A DNA stretch of 64,000 nucleotides from Eledone cirrhosa (GCA_964016885.1 OZ024751.1:6820001-6884000); one strand, 5' to 3'; positions 44,273-58,941 are shown, counted from the first letter of the stretch. Numbers and translations: made by a program. The notes: a model not told the origin generated them from the letters alone.

Positions 44273-44742
44273 CTCTCGGTCGTCTTCATGCATCAGCACC
44301 AGGATTAAGCTGCATCTGTACAAGAGCATCGTGCTGCCGTCATTACTTACGCGAGCGAAACCTGGAAAGGCACGGCAAAGATTGAGAGACGGCTGAACAG
44401 TTTCCACAAGCGGTGTCTTTGAATGTTCCTCCGTGTGTTCTAGCACGACTGAGGGCGAGATGAAGTAATTCTTCAGAGAATGGTCACGGAGCGTCGGTGC
44501 TGCTTGGCTGGCCATAAATCTGCGTCTGCCCGACGAACGACACTCGAAAACACCGATGAACTGGTCTCCACCTGGCGATAAACGGAGGCGGAAGTGCCCC
44601 ACGATGATATGGCGAAGAACGTTCCGAAAAGACCTGATGGCAGCCAACATCACTTGGCACGGACGCGCATAAAGCCGCCACTGATCGTGACCGTTGGCGA
44701 ATACTCTCTGCTCGCCGAATGGCGCGGAAGATCCTACGACTC
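44273..44742 (+). mobile_element. RTE-clade LINE 3' fragment
   Basis: STRIKLHLYKSIVLPSLL..SETWK..RLNSFHKRCL..LAGH..MNWSPPGDKRRR..WRRT..DRWR; (CA)n tail. Confidence 0.8.
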
Positions 44743-44784
44743 ACACACACACATACACACACACACATACGCACACGCACACGC

Positions 44785-44828
<44 letters not shown>

Positions 44829-44845
44829 ACACACACATATATATA

Positions 44846-44889
<44 letters not shown>

Positions 44890-45504
44890 TAACGTAAAGA
44901 GAAAACAAGCGAGTAGGATGATGAACATTTATTTCGGGATATGTTACTGTGTGTTTATATATTAATCAAAATATTTATTCTTTCCATCTGCCCATATATC
45001 TTTCTAACTGTACATCTATCTTTGATCCATTGCTCTTATTATTTTGTCTACATGTTCCATCTCTGTTATCTATTTTTGGTTGGTATATTTAATAAATTCA
45101 CTATTTATCATTTCCTGACAAAAAAAGGAGATTAAATTCGAACATTAAAATAACATGTACATTCAAAATGGTATATGAAGAAAAAAGAAAAAAACTAAAC
45201 TTGTTTACATTTTTTCTGTAAATTGTTTTCTGTATAAAAGAGGGAACAGAATATATTTTTTAGAAATAAGTAAACTACAAACGATGTTCATTTAGTTTGA
45301 TGTAAATCGTCTTTGATTAATAAGACATTTCAGAATCGCAGTGTGTCGTAAATATTTAACTGATTTATATATAATACAACCTTTTTAAATTACATAGATA
45401 TGATAAGAACCGACAGTAAAACTTGCTCATTAATAAATCTTGTAAAACTACTATAATTTTCCATTCAAAACTGGCTTTTATATATATTTTTTGATGTACA
45501 TAAC

Positions 45505-45595
<91 letters not shown>

Positions 45596-46282
45596 ATGTA
45601 TGGAATTTAATATAAAATGTTTGTTTTATGTCTGATGTGTTTTATGTGCTAGAGTTTGCACTCACGCCCCTGAGTTAACGAACGTAGGGAGTGAGAGTGG
45701 GCGACGTTTCGGGTATATGTGTGAGTGTACATATGTCTATGTGTATCTGTTGAAGGAAATGTGAGTTAAACAACCTTATATACGAACCTCTGCATACACG
45801 TACAAGCACACAATGAAGTAGTGGTGATCTGCATGGTTGTCACCACGTCCCATTTAACAGCTAATGTTCAGGGAGCCATAAGAAATACCTTAATACATCA
45901 TATACAGAGCTGTAGCTCTGAAGTACAACCACCAACCAGCAAACTCGCTGCTACTTAAACATGTATGTGAAAGGGATCAGGCATAATCACTGAAAAGTCA
46001 TTTTAATCTTAGGGTGTGAAGGCCAATCAATAGGCCTCATGTGAATACAGTGTTACTCACAGTCATCATAAAAACTAGTGCACACCAGTAAGTATACCAT
46101 AGAACACAGCCTAGAATATGTCACTAGTGTGTACGTCAGATCTCTATGGCTAAGCATAAGGTAGTCATAAACAAACGCAAGCATATATATACATATAAAC
46201 ATGCATATACGTACGCACATACGCAAATACATAAACATACATACATTTTTGAGACGTGAAATAATAATATTCCAGGCCTTTC

Positions 46283-47330
46283 TTACAAAAAACAAGTATT
46301 TATCAAATATATAGAAAGATATATTCTTTCGTTGGCGTATCTTACTTTCACGCCAGTTATTTGTATAATACCATTAGAATACACGAATATGGTAATATAT
46401 TTCAAGCTATATTTCAGAGAAAATATTAATATCTTTTTATAATAATATCTTTTAAAACCGTGTAATGAGTATTCTGTTATAAACTTGGACAGCCATGCTC
46501 GGAACGGATGGCAACCGATAGGATGTCGTTTGATTTGATTTTCTAATTTGGTTTTCTGAGGAAACACAATAATTATATTTTCTTTACTTGGAGATATTCT
46601 AAATTATCTGTGAGTGAGACAATAAGTTGAACCAAGCAGAATTGTATTTCTTGCTTTAGCATTTACATATAAAATCAAATAAGAAGCGATAATGTAGGCA
46701 CAGTGGATACTCTCTTGTTTATGAAATAGGCTATCCATTTTCCCTGAATATATTGTCCATCTGTTTGAATATGTTATTAATATTTTTTGTCTGAAATAAT
46801 ATAGTCAAGTGAAGATAATGTTCCGTTGATGCAATACCACGATAACATTTATATTTCTGCTTTTTCCTCTCGATTACATTAACATATAAAAATGATAAAC
46901 ATTCCTGACATATCTAGATTCGAATTTAAAGTCATAATATTTCCGTTCACAACAGATGAGATAAAATGACCAAGTTGTACATCAATCAAAATGATACGAA
47001 ATCTCACATCAGTGAAATCAGTAATAATATGGCTGAAATCAAAAATCTGATACAGACTCACTATTCGAAGTCTTTCTATGTTATTGCAAACACGAAGTAG
47101 AATACCTATGTATTCCGTGTCAATTGTAATTGCATCCAAATTTAAATTATTTTTAGCTTTGGCTACAGTAGAACAACGTCGATAGTAACAGATTTCGGAT
47201 AGTTGTGGAGTTGAATTGTAGTTGTAAAGGTTTATAACTCCTACCGGCTTATATTGCATCCAGTGCTATGAAAGTTAACAATAAAACGTAAACGTTGAGG
47301 ATATAGATATGATTTTTGTACATATAAATA
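46283..47330 (-). pseudogene. candidate decayed divergent ionotropic-receptor-like N-terminal region
   Basis: Signal-peptide-like VYVLLLTFIAL; then RNINVIVVLHQRNII..YSNRWTIYS..VFPQKTKLENQIKRHPIGCHPF..YSLHGF in one frame with few stops. Resemblance is by recalled motifs only. Confidence 0.3.
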
Positions 47331-48424
47331 GGATTTTTTGCATATATAGTTATAGAGATGAATTTTGAATAACAGTTATAGATAGGATATTTGAATAATA
47401 GAAAAACACGTAACCAATACTGTTTAATGCTCAAAGAAACACTACATAAAACAGCATGATAGTGTTCTATAAGTATTTCATGACATAAAGCTCAACAACA
47501 GCCTGTCAATGATATAGGGCGTAATATCACTAAGCCACTATGATATCCTGCATATAAAACATTAGAATGCACCTAATATATTAAATACTTGGTAGCAGCT
47601 CGATGTGTATTAAATGACTCATAAAACTTAGCATAGTTCTTGTAGATGATTTTCTCTATAGATTAGCTTAAGCGCTCCTTCACCTAAGATATTATAGCTC
47701 TTAACGTTGATTCAGAATGCACAGAACTATCAACAGCGATCAGATTATTTCAAATTAAAAATCCATTATTGATAACACAACTAAATGTTTCCTGACAGCA
47801 ACAAATTCACCAAGCATGTTGTTTTGATCCATATTGATTTTCTGCTAATGGGATCTAACATTGCGATATTCTCACGTCATTGTAACAAAAAATAGGGACG
47901 TACGGTATTTAAAATAAAGCTAGCTTGGAATCATAAAAGCGTGTTGAACGCAAGGCATTGTTTTGCAAACTGCGTGATTACTGTGTTATAAAATAGGTTC
48001 ACTCCGCCAAAAACGGCTTGACCTGTTAATAATTAATCTACTAAATGAAGGGCTGAATGGACAGAATCGATAGAATTGCGTGCGAAGTGATTTGCGGAAT
48101 TTAGTTGTCTAACTTTGTTTTGCTTTCAAATAGCGCAGAGAAATATTCTTCTTTCATTCAGGTGCAGTCTCTACAATAATTATGGTGAAGTGGAGATATA
48201 GATATAGATTTAATCAAATGTACATGCAGCCCTTTAACATCCATTTAACTGTTAACTTCAGTCGGATCAAATATCGAATATGAGGAACTTATCAATAAAT
48301 ACTCTCTGCATTCAATACACCCATAGAAACATTTGTAACGATCATAATTTTCACGCAGACTTGTACTAAGCATGTTCACGTTTATTTATTACAATCATTT
48401 ATTACAAACGACGACACGCAACAC

Positions 48425-48492
<68 letters not shown>

Positions 48493-48496
48493 CAAG

Positions 48497-48693
48497 GAGA
48501 ATTGGATTCACAATCTTGAGGTTGTGAGTTCGATTCCTGGACCGGGCGATGCGTTATCTCCTTGAGCAAGACATTTATTTCACGTTGTTCCTTCTACCTT
48601 GAGTTGCAACCGATAGATAGTACTAGCAACTGGAAAGACCGACGAAAACATTATTTCCTCGGTCCGATTTGACGAAAGTCGATCGATCCTTTA
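48497..48693 (+). mobile_element. tRNA-derived SINE (CORE-like), slightly 5'-truncated
   Basis: Close copy of 29338-29533. Confidence 0.85.
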
Positions 48694-48826
48694 TTTATTT
48701 TATAGTTCAAGGAGACAAGAAACAGAGTTAAAAAATGTCTTGGTACATATATAAAAAGTGTTAGGATTATATATATAATGAATATGGGCGAAAACAGTAA
48801 AATACAGTACAAATACAAACTTCACT

Positions 48827-49008
48827 AATCAGTGTTTCATCATATACATATTTAATTACATAGTCCATATGTTTCACTGCCAATCAGTTCGAGAAACGAT
48901 CAATTATATTTGTTCCTGATTCTGGAATCGGAAGCCCGTTCCTAAAATTGATCAGCAGTGAAAGATATGCAATATGTAATTAAACATGTATATGATGCAA
49001 TACTGATT
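48827..49008. repeat. foldback element related to 59440-59556
   Basis: 48827-48886 is inverted to 48948-49008; GCAGTGAAACATATG block is shared with ~59500. Confidence 0.65.
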
Positions 49009-50335
49009 CTTTGTTCCCTATGTATTATGATATATATATCTCTCCCTCTTTCTCTATAAATAATTATTTATTTATCTACATCTATTTGCCTGTTGAGAAC
49101 GCAACAAATCTATAAAAACAATATTAAATGTCCATTGTCGTAAGTGAGTTTTATATTCAACGTCCATATCCTGTCATTGAATAAGCATGTAGAGTGAAAT
49201 TTACTAGGTAAATTTATTCTTCGCACTTGTATAAATAACTTTACAGATATTCACCAAGTTGGCTAAAAAATTAAAGATAAAAGGAAAATAAAGTAATGGG
49301 AAAACAGTGAAGTGGTAAAGAAGGACAGGTCTAGGAAAAATCAGAGGACTATAAATGCCATAAATGAGAGGAAAGGAGGAGAAAAGCAGTGAATTTAACT
49401 CGAATTTTTAAATAGTAACAGAATTCATTAATTGCTTTGGTTTGAATTTAAGGGTTTGATAAATTGGAATATTTCCTAATTATTTGGAACGAATCGTACT
49501 TTATATTAATCAATGCAGTTTCTATAACAACCTCCAGCAGAGCTGATGAAGCTTAGTGATACTTCGAATGTCCCTCATTAAGGTTTACGTTTAAAATTTT
49601 TCTGATGTTAAAAGTTGAGTCGATAAAGATAGGATGCGATAGCGATGTTCAAGCAAGGGAAACTTGCTGTATGATCTGATGAGAAAAAAAAACATAGTAT
49701 AGAGACACAATTCAATGATTAATGATCGGATGATACGCTCTGTTTACTCTCGGAATAAATCAATTTATTTTAAATATCCTAACGGTCAATATAGAAATAG
49801 CTAATTCTCAGCACCCTCTCCTTAAACCCAACAACATTTCTCTTTAAATTAATAGCAGTAATCCATAGAGTGTTCATCACATCAAAGGTAATTAATAACA
49901 ACGGTAGTTGTTAACTCTTGCCAACCAAATAATATAATTAGAATAAAATATAGAAAATAAGGAATGTAAAAATAACTCATCGAATCCTTTATCGGAAATA
50001 TCGCATCGATGTATTCGGAAGCAAACGCACATGCCCTATATATAAAGTGAATAACATGGGAAATAAAGTATAAAGAAATTTATATGTAGAAAATTCACTG
50101 CATTCTAACGTAACATTTTAGTGAAAAAGACCGAAATTCACGAATTTTTAATGTTATTTTGTTAATTTTACCTTGTAATTGGAAAGCTCTGTTCCTATAG
50201 ATTTTCGTGTATCTGTATATAAACATCAAACACAGTTAATGAAGAAAATAATTTGCTATCAGATAATAGATTTTATGTTAATCATTAGAAATGCAGTACT
50301 GTTTGTTTGTTATGGCCCTATTGAATATATATCAA

Positions 50336-50379
<44 letters not shown>

Positions 50380-50951
50380 GTGTGTGTGTATGTGTGTGTA
50401 TGTGTGTCCGTATAGATATATATACGGACACATGCACACCCATGATGCCTGCGCATTTACAGCTAAAAACACACACGCAATCCGGCACCCGTATATATCA
50501 AGTATAAAATATAACTAATATTTTCTTATATTATTGTGATATCTCTTTATTTTCCTTTGTGGTTGCGAGTGTTCCAGCTGACTTAAAAAATCTTGCCCCT
50601 TCATCAAAATTTGCGAAAATCAGTGTAAAAACACTATGCAATATCATTAATAAAACATATTTTGTATGTATGTATGTATGTATGTATGTATGTATGTATG
50701 TATGTATGTATGTATGTATGTATGCATGTATGTATGTATGTATGTATATATATATATCTTTAGGTTTGGTGGTTCACCACTGGATAGAATTGGTCATTCC
50801 ATATGGTCAATCTTGGTGTAATATTTAGGAGAGTACTCAACGTAGTGCAGTTCACCCGTCTTCATTTGTGTAGTTGGTGGTGCGAATACGGAGTTAATTA
50901 AAAATAAAATAACAGGAGGCTGGACTGGTGTAAATCCTTGAAAGGTTTATT

Positions 50952-51009
50952 ATACTATGATCATTTCAATGACCGGGTTCCATATGAATCCGGTGATATC
51001 ATCAGGTAT
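50952..51009 (-). ncRNA. minimal type I hammerhead ribozyme
   Basis: ATAC-CTGATGA-TATCACCGGATTC..GAACCCGGTCATT-GAAA-TGATCA-TA-GTAT. Confidence 0.75.
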
Positions 51010-51112
51010 TGGAAATATAACAAAGGAATATGTAAAAACCATGGGTCCGAAAAATTATCTGTCTCTGATTTTCGGACCCATGGTTTTTACTTGTTCCTTT
51101 CTTATATTTCGA

Positions 51113-51170
51113 ATACCTGATGATATCACCGGATTCATATGGATCCCGCTCATTGAAATGATCATAGTAT
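51113..51170 (+). ncRNA. minimal type I hammerhead ribozyme
   Basis: ATAC-CTGATGA-TATCACCGGATTC ATAT GGATCCCGCTCATT-GAAA-TGATCA-TA-GTAT. Confidence 0.7.
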
Positions 51171-51215
51171 AATAAACCTTTCAAGGATTTACACCAGTCC
51201 AGTCTCCTGTTATTT

Positions 51216-51242
<27 letters not shown>

Positions 51243-51246
<4 letters not shown>

Positions 51247-51442
51247 GAATGAGTCAGGACCACAACGGCTGGGCACTTGCCGTTTCAACAGCTAGTTCCA
51301 GACTCTGGAACTATTTGGTGAAAAAGCAAAAGCTCAGCCGACGGGGTCCTGACTCATTCATATAACCATACTCTATTCTATTAACTTAAATATTCAACAC
51401 TCAGGTGCGTAATTGTTTAACCAGGTTCTAACTGAATCCATC

Positions 51443-51445
<3 letters not shown>
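51243..51445. mobile_element. family C-related foldback element
   Basis: 51243-51302 is inverted to 51304-51363 (AGCTCAGCCGACGGGGTCCTGACTC). Confidence 0.65.
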
Positions 51446-51484
<39 letters not shown>

Positions 51485-51531
51485 TATATGTTATATATAT
51501 ATTATATGTTATATGTACATATATGTATATG

Positions 51532-51610
<79 letters not shown>

Positions 51611-51859
51611 ATGTGTGTTTGTATGTGTGTGTATGTGTGTGTGTATGTATATGTGTATGAACTTTTTTCTCACGAGTCAGATCTTTCGTTGCTACGGACC
51701 CCGGCTGAATTACCGGTCGCTGTCTTCATTTTGCAAAGCCCTTTAAACTGTATGTTATTACTCTGAAGTCCTATACCTTGTCCAGAGCTTGGCTGCACTG
51801 CTGAAGGCATTCGTCGGTTTAGCTGAGGCCTCTGGCTTCGAATTTGCTGTACTTCCATT

Positions 51860-51923
<64 letters not shown>

Positions 51924-52588
51924 GCAGGTGTTGGTGGGTTTGAGTACGTATGGGTTTGGATGCCTGCGTGTGTATGTATTTAACGATTTTAATAAGCACA
52001 TATAAATGACATATTGCAAGATACTAAATTGCATAACAAATTTGTTAAATAACATTGAATGATTCATAGATTTATATTTAATCGTACCATATATGCTCAT
52101 TAAGAACCATTGAAAATATGCTCGTTGTGAATAGATTTTCTAAATTTGTATTTATTTTAATATTTGACATCTCATGACGTTTGTCCACTTACATCTTACA
52201 CAAACTATGTGTCTTATTCTACGTAATTTAATATAAACTTTCACTGAATATCTGATATTTTCCGCCAATATTATATATTTGCAATATAATAATTATTGAA
52301 TTTATAGTCAATCATGGTGTCCGACATTTAAATCACCTTATTTACGTTGGAATCATACCAATATATACGAGGTTTTACATATTAGTTAACCTCCAACCCT
52401 AATGGTTTAAAACTGGTTACAAACCTGCAATATTAATATTGTATGAACTTTGTATACATTGAAATAGTTTATCTGTTGATGCCATTCTACTATATATCTA
52501 TTCAATTAATATGTATGAGTCTGATCATTTACATTATTACTATATTTCATATTCATCATAATTACATGTATATTTATATATGTGTGTT

Positions 52589-52663
<75 letters not shown>

Positions 52664-52750
52664 GAATTATAAACTCAAAATAGTCTTTTACAATTAAATA
52701 GCTCAAAGAAGGGAATATTTCAGAGCCGTGTAATACAAATGAATATATAA

Positions 52751-52880
<130 letters not shown>

Positions 52881-52901
52881 ATATATATATATATACATAT
52901 A

Positions 52902-53021
52902 TTGGTGTGAAAGCACGTGCTGCGTGTGTTTCTTATTGGCAACATGATCTTCCCAATGTATAACAATATCGGTTTCAACACACGTTTTCAGATAAAAAAT
53001 CTTGCTAAACAAATTCAGAAA

Positions 53022-53024
<3 letters not shown>
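52902..53024 (+). mobile_element. family A pLTR terminal fragment
   Basis: Near-exact reverse complement of 53225-53348. Confidence 0.85.
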
Positions 53025-53061
<37 letters not shown>

Positions 53062-53438
53062 GTCAATACTAATCTTTTTCCATTTCTCCGAAGTTTCTTA
53101 ACCCCACTATCAGGCTAAATAATTTCTTTAATTTCTTTAGTCAAAATACGGCGATAGATTACATTTCTAATAATTTCAAACCCTCTCGCTGTTTCGAAAA
53201 TATCCTTACATATATATATATATATCGTTTCTGAATTTGTTTAGCAAGATTTTTTATCTGAAAACGTGTGTTGAGACCGATATTGTTATACATTGGGAAG
53301 ATCATGTTGCCAATAAGAAACACACGCAGCACGTGCTTTCACACCAATTTATTATAAATTAAATTATAAATTTAAACATTTATAAATAAATTTCCAGTTG
53401 GTTGGTTGGTTGCACAACCGGACGGTTGTTCATATATT

Positions 53439-53481
53439 GTCAAAGTTCTTTCGTCACACATACTGTGACCTCTTCAGTGAC
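53439..53481 (-). ncRNA. minimal hammerhead in family A pLTR
   Basis: GTCA-CTGAAGA-G-GTCAC agtatgt GTGAC-GAAA-GAAC-TT-TGAC; decayed mate at 56427-56469. Confidence 0.65.
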
Positions 53482-54199
53482 TGGGGATTCTTTTCTTTGT
53501 TTTGTGCCTCTCCTTTGTTCTGTCATACGCCATCTTGCTTTTGTGGGTGTTGTGTGCTTAGTTTTGCATGTGTTACATCCGGATGTCTGTGTGTGTTTTC
53601 ATTTGTTTATTTACATGTTACTGGTTGGGTGTTTGTTCTATGTGTGTGCGTTATCATTTTGTCCTTAATTGTAAGTTGTGATGTTGCTATTCCATTCATG
53701 TTTTCTATTTAATTTTGGTTGGAGTTCATTTATGTTTATTGCCTCTGTGATTTGTCTAAACATTGCGTCTTTTCTGTGTGTAGATTTTATTTTTATTTCT
53801 ATGTTCCCTAATTTGACCTTATGTTCTATTTTAGCATGTTGGTGGAGTACTGATGATTCTTTTCTATCTTGAAGCTCTTGCCAGTGTTCATTTAATCGTT
53901 CTCCTATACTACGAGCTGTCTCAACTATGTACACTATATTCTTATCTTTACATTGTCCTTCAGTACATCTGATGCTATATACTATGTTTCTAGTTTTGCA
54001 GTTAAGATGGGGGCTGAGTTTACATATTATGCATTTCTTATCTATACAGGGAGGTCTTTGAAAAGGGTATGTATTACTAAAAAGTGTTTTTATAGAGGTA
54101 CCTGGTCTTTCTACTATCTTAATATTTAGTTTAAGTTCATCTAGGGCCCTACTAAATTTGTAAGCTAGTTCATCTTTAGGGGTTGTATTGATGTCGGTT

Positions 54200-56227
54200 G
54201 ACAGTCTGTCAAACTACATCCAGGCAATGCAACCCACACCACTAACACAAGATAAGTAACACCACAAGAGCATGAGGATAGGGAGAACACCCTCAACGCT
54301 CATATGATGATGTGGACAAACATAATGCAGCCCAATAAACGGACTGCCAACAACTTCCAGGCCTAGAAAATGATGTGCCAGCGTTGTATGTACTTCGAAA
54401 AGACCATAAGACGAACAGTCACCCAATCACAGGACTACCAACACCACCAGTCTGTGGAGATAACATTGCTAGTAACTACAGACTTTCCTACTTCCTCTCC
54501 CTGATCGTACACCCAATCATTGAAATGTCCACGGATATATGTGATAGAACGGAGGACCTCCTCAGCAGAATCAGCGAAAATAACTGATCTAGGAACCTAA
54601 CATACTGTATAATAGGTAATATGGATGTAGTGTCCCTATACCCATCAATTGGCGTGGATTTTGCTGTGGAGAAATGCGTAGAAATGATCAATGAGAGCAA
54701 TGTTCAATTCCGTAGGATTGATACCAGTGAGCTGGGACTCCTACTTAAACTTACTTATAGTAATGATTATCTAGATACGTATGACCTTAGCAACCTCTTC
54801 CCCACAAGGCCAGCAAGAGGCAGACCACTTACCATTACCTCAATGGCCAAGAAAACCCACACAGAAAGATGGAACGGGTGGACCTGAGCCATACGGACTC
54901 CCTAAAACCATGATGAACTAAAGAAAATGATTGCACATGCGGTGGGGGCCAGTATAAAACTAACTCTTAAGTTCTAATTTAATGGAAATCATATGCCCAA
55001 GAGGAGGGAGCAGCCATTGGTGTCAGCATTGCAGGTGACATAGCTAATCTATTCATGGTATGGTGGGACAAAAACTTAAAGAACAATTAGAAGACAGCAA
55101 CCTCTTAACCCTGATAATGTACTCTCGCTACGTTGATGATATAAACATCGTAGTAAAAACACCCCCCACTAGAGAACAGTCAGGAATTAGAGAAAGACAC
55201 CATGGAAAGCATCCGGCAAATAGCTAACTCCATCCACCAGAGTATTAGAGTCACTATAGACTACCCAAGAAAACACCCCAAACATGGATTACCTGTACTA
55301 GACGCAGAGATCTGGTTAGAAACCAATAATAACAAAAAACAAATCCCCCATTCCCATTATGCCAAACCCATGACTTCCAAATATCTGATCACCGAATCTC
55401 AGCTGTTTCGGATCACACCAATATCAACATACTGATTGCGGATTTAGTATGGGTGATGAGGAATGTGTCCCGCATGTGCAATCCCAAAACACTAGAGAGA
55501 TACATACAACAATTCATCCACCATATGCAGTTCTGTGGTTACAATCAGACAGATAAAATCAGAGTATATAGAGGAGCCAGAACCAAATGGGAAAATGGTA
55601 AATAATGACACAAATGGGATGCCCCTTGTAAAGGAGCACATTTTGGAATAGAATAGAAAGAACTAGGAATAAGGCTAATAGAATAAACTCATGGTATGAT
55701 AGCAATAAATACCAGAGGTGACCTATCTTATAAATTCAGAAGGGCCCTAGATAAACTTTAACTAAATATTAAGATAGTAGAAAGACTAGGTACCTCTATA
55801 AAAACACTTTTTAGTAATACATACCCTTTTCAAAGACCTCCCTGTATAGATAAGAAATGCATAATATGTAAACTCAGCCCCCATATTAACTGCAAAACTA
55901 GAAACATAGTATATAGCATCAGATGTACTGAAGGACAATGTAAAGATAAGAATATAGTGTACATAGGTAGAGACAGCTCGTAGTATAGGAAAACGATTAA
56001 ATGAACACTGGCGAGAGCTTCAAGATAGAAATGAATCATCAGTACTCCACCATCATGCTAAAATAGAACATGAGGGCAAATTAGAGAACATAGAAATAAA
56101 AATAAAATCTACACACAGAAAAGGCGCAATGTTTAGACAAATCACAGACGCAATAAACATAAATGAACTCCAACCAAAATTAAATAGAAAACATGAATGG
56201 AATAGCAACATCACAACTTACAATTAA
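54200..56227 (+). pseudogene. PLE RT + Cys-rich linker + GIY-YIG, disrupted
   Basis: LRKDHK..PVCG, MDVVSLYPSI, GAAIGVSIAGDIANLFMVWWD, RYVDDIN, LPVLD, PCIDKKCIIC..CKTRNIVYSIRC..YIG.TARS. Confidence 0.9.
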
Positions 56228-56645
56228 GGACAAAATGAAAACACACACACACACATAGAACACACAACCAACCAGTAACATGTAAATAAACAAATAAATA
56301 AACAAATAAAAACACACACAGAGACCCGGATGTAACACATGCACAAACTAAGCACACAACACATACAAAAACAATATGGCGTAGGACAGAACAAAGGAGA
56401 GGCACAAAACAAAGAAAATAATCCCATTCATTGAAGAGGTCACAGAATGTGTGCCGAAAGAACTTTGACAATATATGAACAACCGTCCGTTTGTGGAACC
56501 AACCAACCAACCGGAAATCTATTTATAAATTTAAATTTATAATTTAATTTATAATAAATTGGAGTGAAAGCAACTGGTACGTGTGTTTCTTATTGGCAAC
56601 ATGAACCTCCCAAAGTATAACAATATATATATATATATATATTTA

Positions 56646-56701
<56 letters not shown>

Positions 56702-57771
56702 CAATGTATATATATATAAGTGTACGGACTGAGGACAAATCATGGATTTGCTTTAAGACGATGACTTCCGTGCGCCGTATCTCAAATGCTTTATAACCGT
56801 CATATAACATTTTTTTCACAAAGGGATCGAATCTTTGGCATATCCTCCTATCTAGGTTTACCTCTCCGTGAAACAATTATTAAGGTAACCTGTCATCCGG
56901 GAACAATGACCACTCCAGGCCAGCGCAACTGGTTGTTTATGAGGAGCATCTCAACAGTGAATGTATTGCACCGCTGAAGAACAATTCTATCTGACTATAG
57001 ACACTGATATGTAATGGGTCCTCGATGAAATCTCCCCAAGGCTCTGATGTGGGGACGATACATAGTCGAAGTCACAGACGAGTTTAAATGGATGATTAAA
57101 TCGCAAGAGCCTAGTGTTGTTTCTGATGTTACTGTAAGACTATACAGGATTTCGTTTTTTCTGAGATTTTGCTAGTCTTTTCAACCTTTAGATAAATTTA
57201 TGAATAATGGGATCTGTCTCTAAATGTTGTTGCCAATATAGAGAAAAACGTCAACCATATCTAATCCTATAATCTTGACGCTGATATAAGATTCTAGATA
57301 GGCTGCACCTGCATATGATCGCGGTCCTCTTCAGAAGTCCAGAAAGAAGTGCGTATAATTTACACACATACATATATATACATATACATACATACACATA
57401 CATATACACATATATACACACATATACATGCATATACATACATACACACACATATACACACACTATACACACACATACATATAGAAGCGTTGTACTATGT
57501 ATTGCCTACACTTTAGGGGTGAAGGGAAGGAACTTTCGCTAAATCAGGTGATATTTCTTCAAATTACTAATTGATTTTTTTTTTATATAATATATATACA
57601 CATTGATGCGTCTAGAGTCTGTGCAGCAAATATGGACCCTCAATATATTAATTTATAATACCGTGGAAGGTTTAAAACCTCTGAGGTACCAATGTGTATA
57701 TATATAATATCAAAGCAGTTTACAACATTTAATCAACGTATTACAGTAGAAGATTTAATATACCTTCATTT

Positions 57772-57865
<94 letters not shown>

Positions 57866-58402
57866 TTTTTATATTCAACTTTGCTATTTTCTTCGGTTTA
57901 TTGTTAATCGTTTACTCTTCTATATATTTATAACCAACTTAAAGATTTCCTGTATTTTACGCAAAGAAAAATATATTTTACCGATAACACTTTTTTTGTA
58001 TCGAATTTACTCTTCCTTCTACAAAAATCGATTCTTACAAAAGTCATAAACTAAATGAATAAATAATAAATGAACGTTAGATATAATTTATTTCTAAAAG
58101 GTTGTCAAAGGAAGAAAATAAAATTGTATCAATTCTAAATTAAGTGAGGTTTCTCATATTATTCTATGAGTAAAAAGCTGAAAGAAAAACGAATCATTGA
58201 TCAGCTATAAATGTTAGTTTTTTAATGAAATTTATGAGATTATGTCCAGGACATAAGACAGTAGAGTTAGCGTAGTTAAGCAATCGCCGCAGCAAAGCAA
58301 TACAGAGAGTAAATAATATTTACTATAGTTTTAAAAAAGAATTATGTTGACTATTATTATATTCTAAGTTTCAGTTATCTAACAATTTATAGGTCATGGG
58401 TT

Positions 58403-58700
58403 TGAAGGCGTGTACCTTTGAGGTTAATGTATTCGGCTCAAAATCGTAAGGTCTTGAGTTCTAAAATCGTAAGGTGTTGTGTCATTGAGCAAGCAGTTTA
58501 TTTCGTGTTCCTCCAGTCAACTCAACTGTCAAAAATGAGTTTTACCTGTAATATCGCCTTGTTGAATTTCCCTGAGAACTACGTTATGGATATATGTATC
58601 TGTGGGATGCTCAGCCGTACCCAGGTTAATTTGACGAACAGGCTGTTACGTTTATCTGATCAACTGGAACACTCGTCCTCGTAATCGACGTATTGCTTGT
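58403..58700 (+). mobile_element. tRNA-derived SINE (CORE-like)
   Basis: GAAGGCGTGT head, TGTGTCATTGAGCAAG..TTTATTTC, GATCAACTGGAACACTCGTC tail. Confidence 0.7.
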
Positions 58701-58894
58701 TATGTTTTAGGTCATAGTAAGAATCATTATAAACGGCTACATAATCATATAACTGGTGTTATCTACATACTATTGTAGGAAGCTCATAAGATTTCTGGAG
58801 AATTCCTGATTAGTTATGTTCTGTATTTAAGAGAAAAGTATTTAATATGTTTGTGGAATACAGCAGGCGCTATCGGAACATTATTACACACACT

Positions 58895-58938
<44 letters not shown>

Positions 58939-58941
<3 letters not shown>

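Larger units (their letters stand above)
50899..51223. repeat. near-perfect ~155-bp-arm palindrome carrying a hammerhead in each arm
   Basis: 50899-51053 is inverted to 51069-51223 with a ~15-bp spacer. Confidence 0.9.
53225..56622. mobile_element. Penelope-like element (family A), 5'-truncated with inverted 3' arm
   Basis: Minus arm 53225-54195 (Zn-finger, GIY-YIG, pLTR) is inverted to 55720-56622; plus-strand RT from ~54200. Confidence 0.9.

Noticed and set aside
51672-51735. GAAAGATCTG ribozyme-like half on the minus strand
   Set aside because: No CUGANGA with a matching helix I.
56720-57350. Moderately GC-rich unique segment as a possible exon
   Set aside because: No recognisable domain, long ORF or clear splice pattern.
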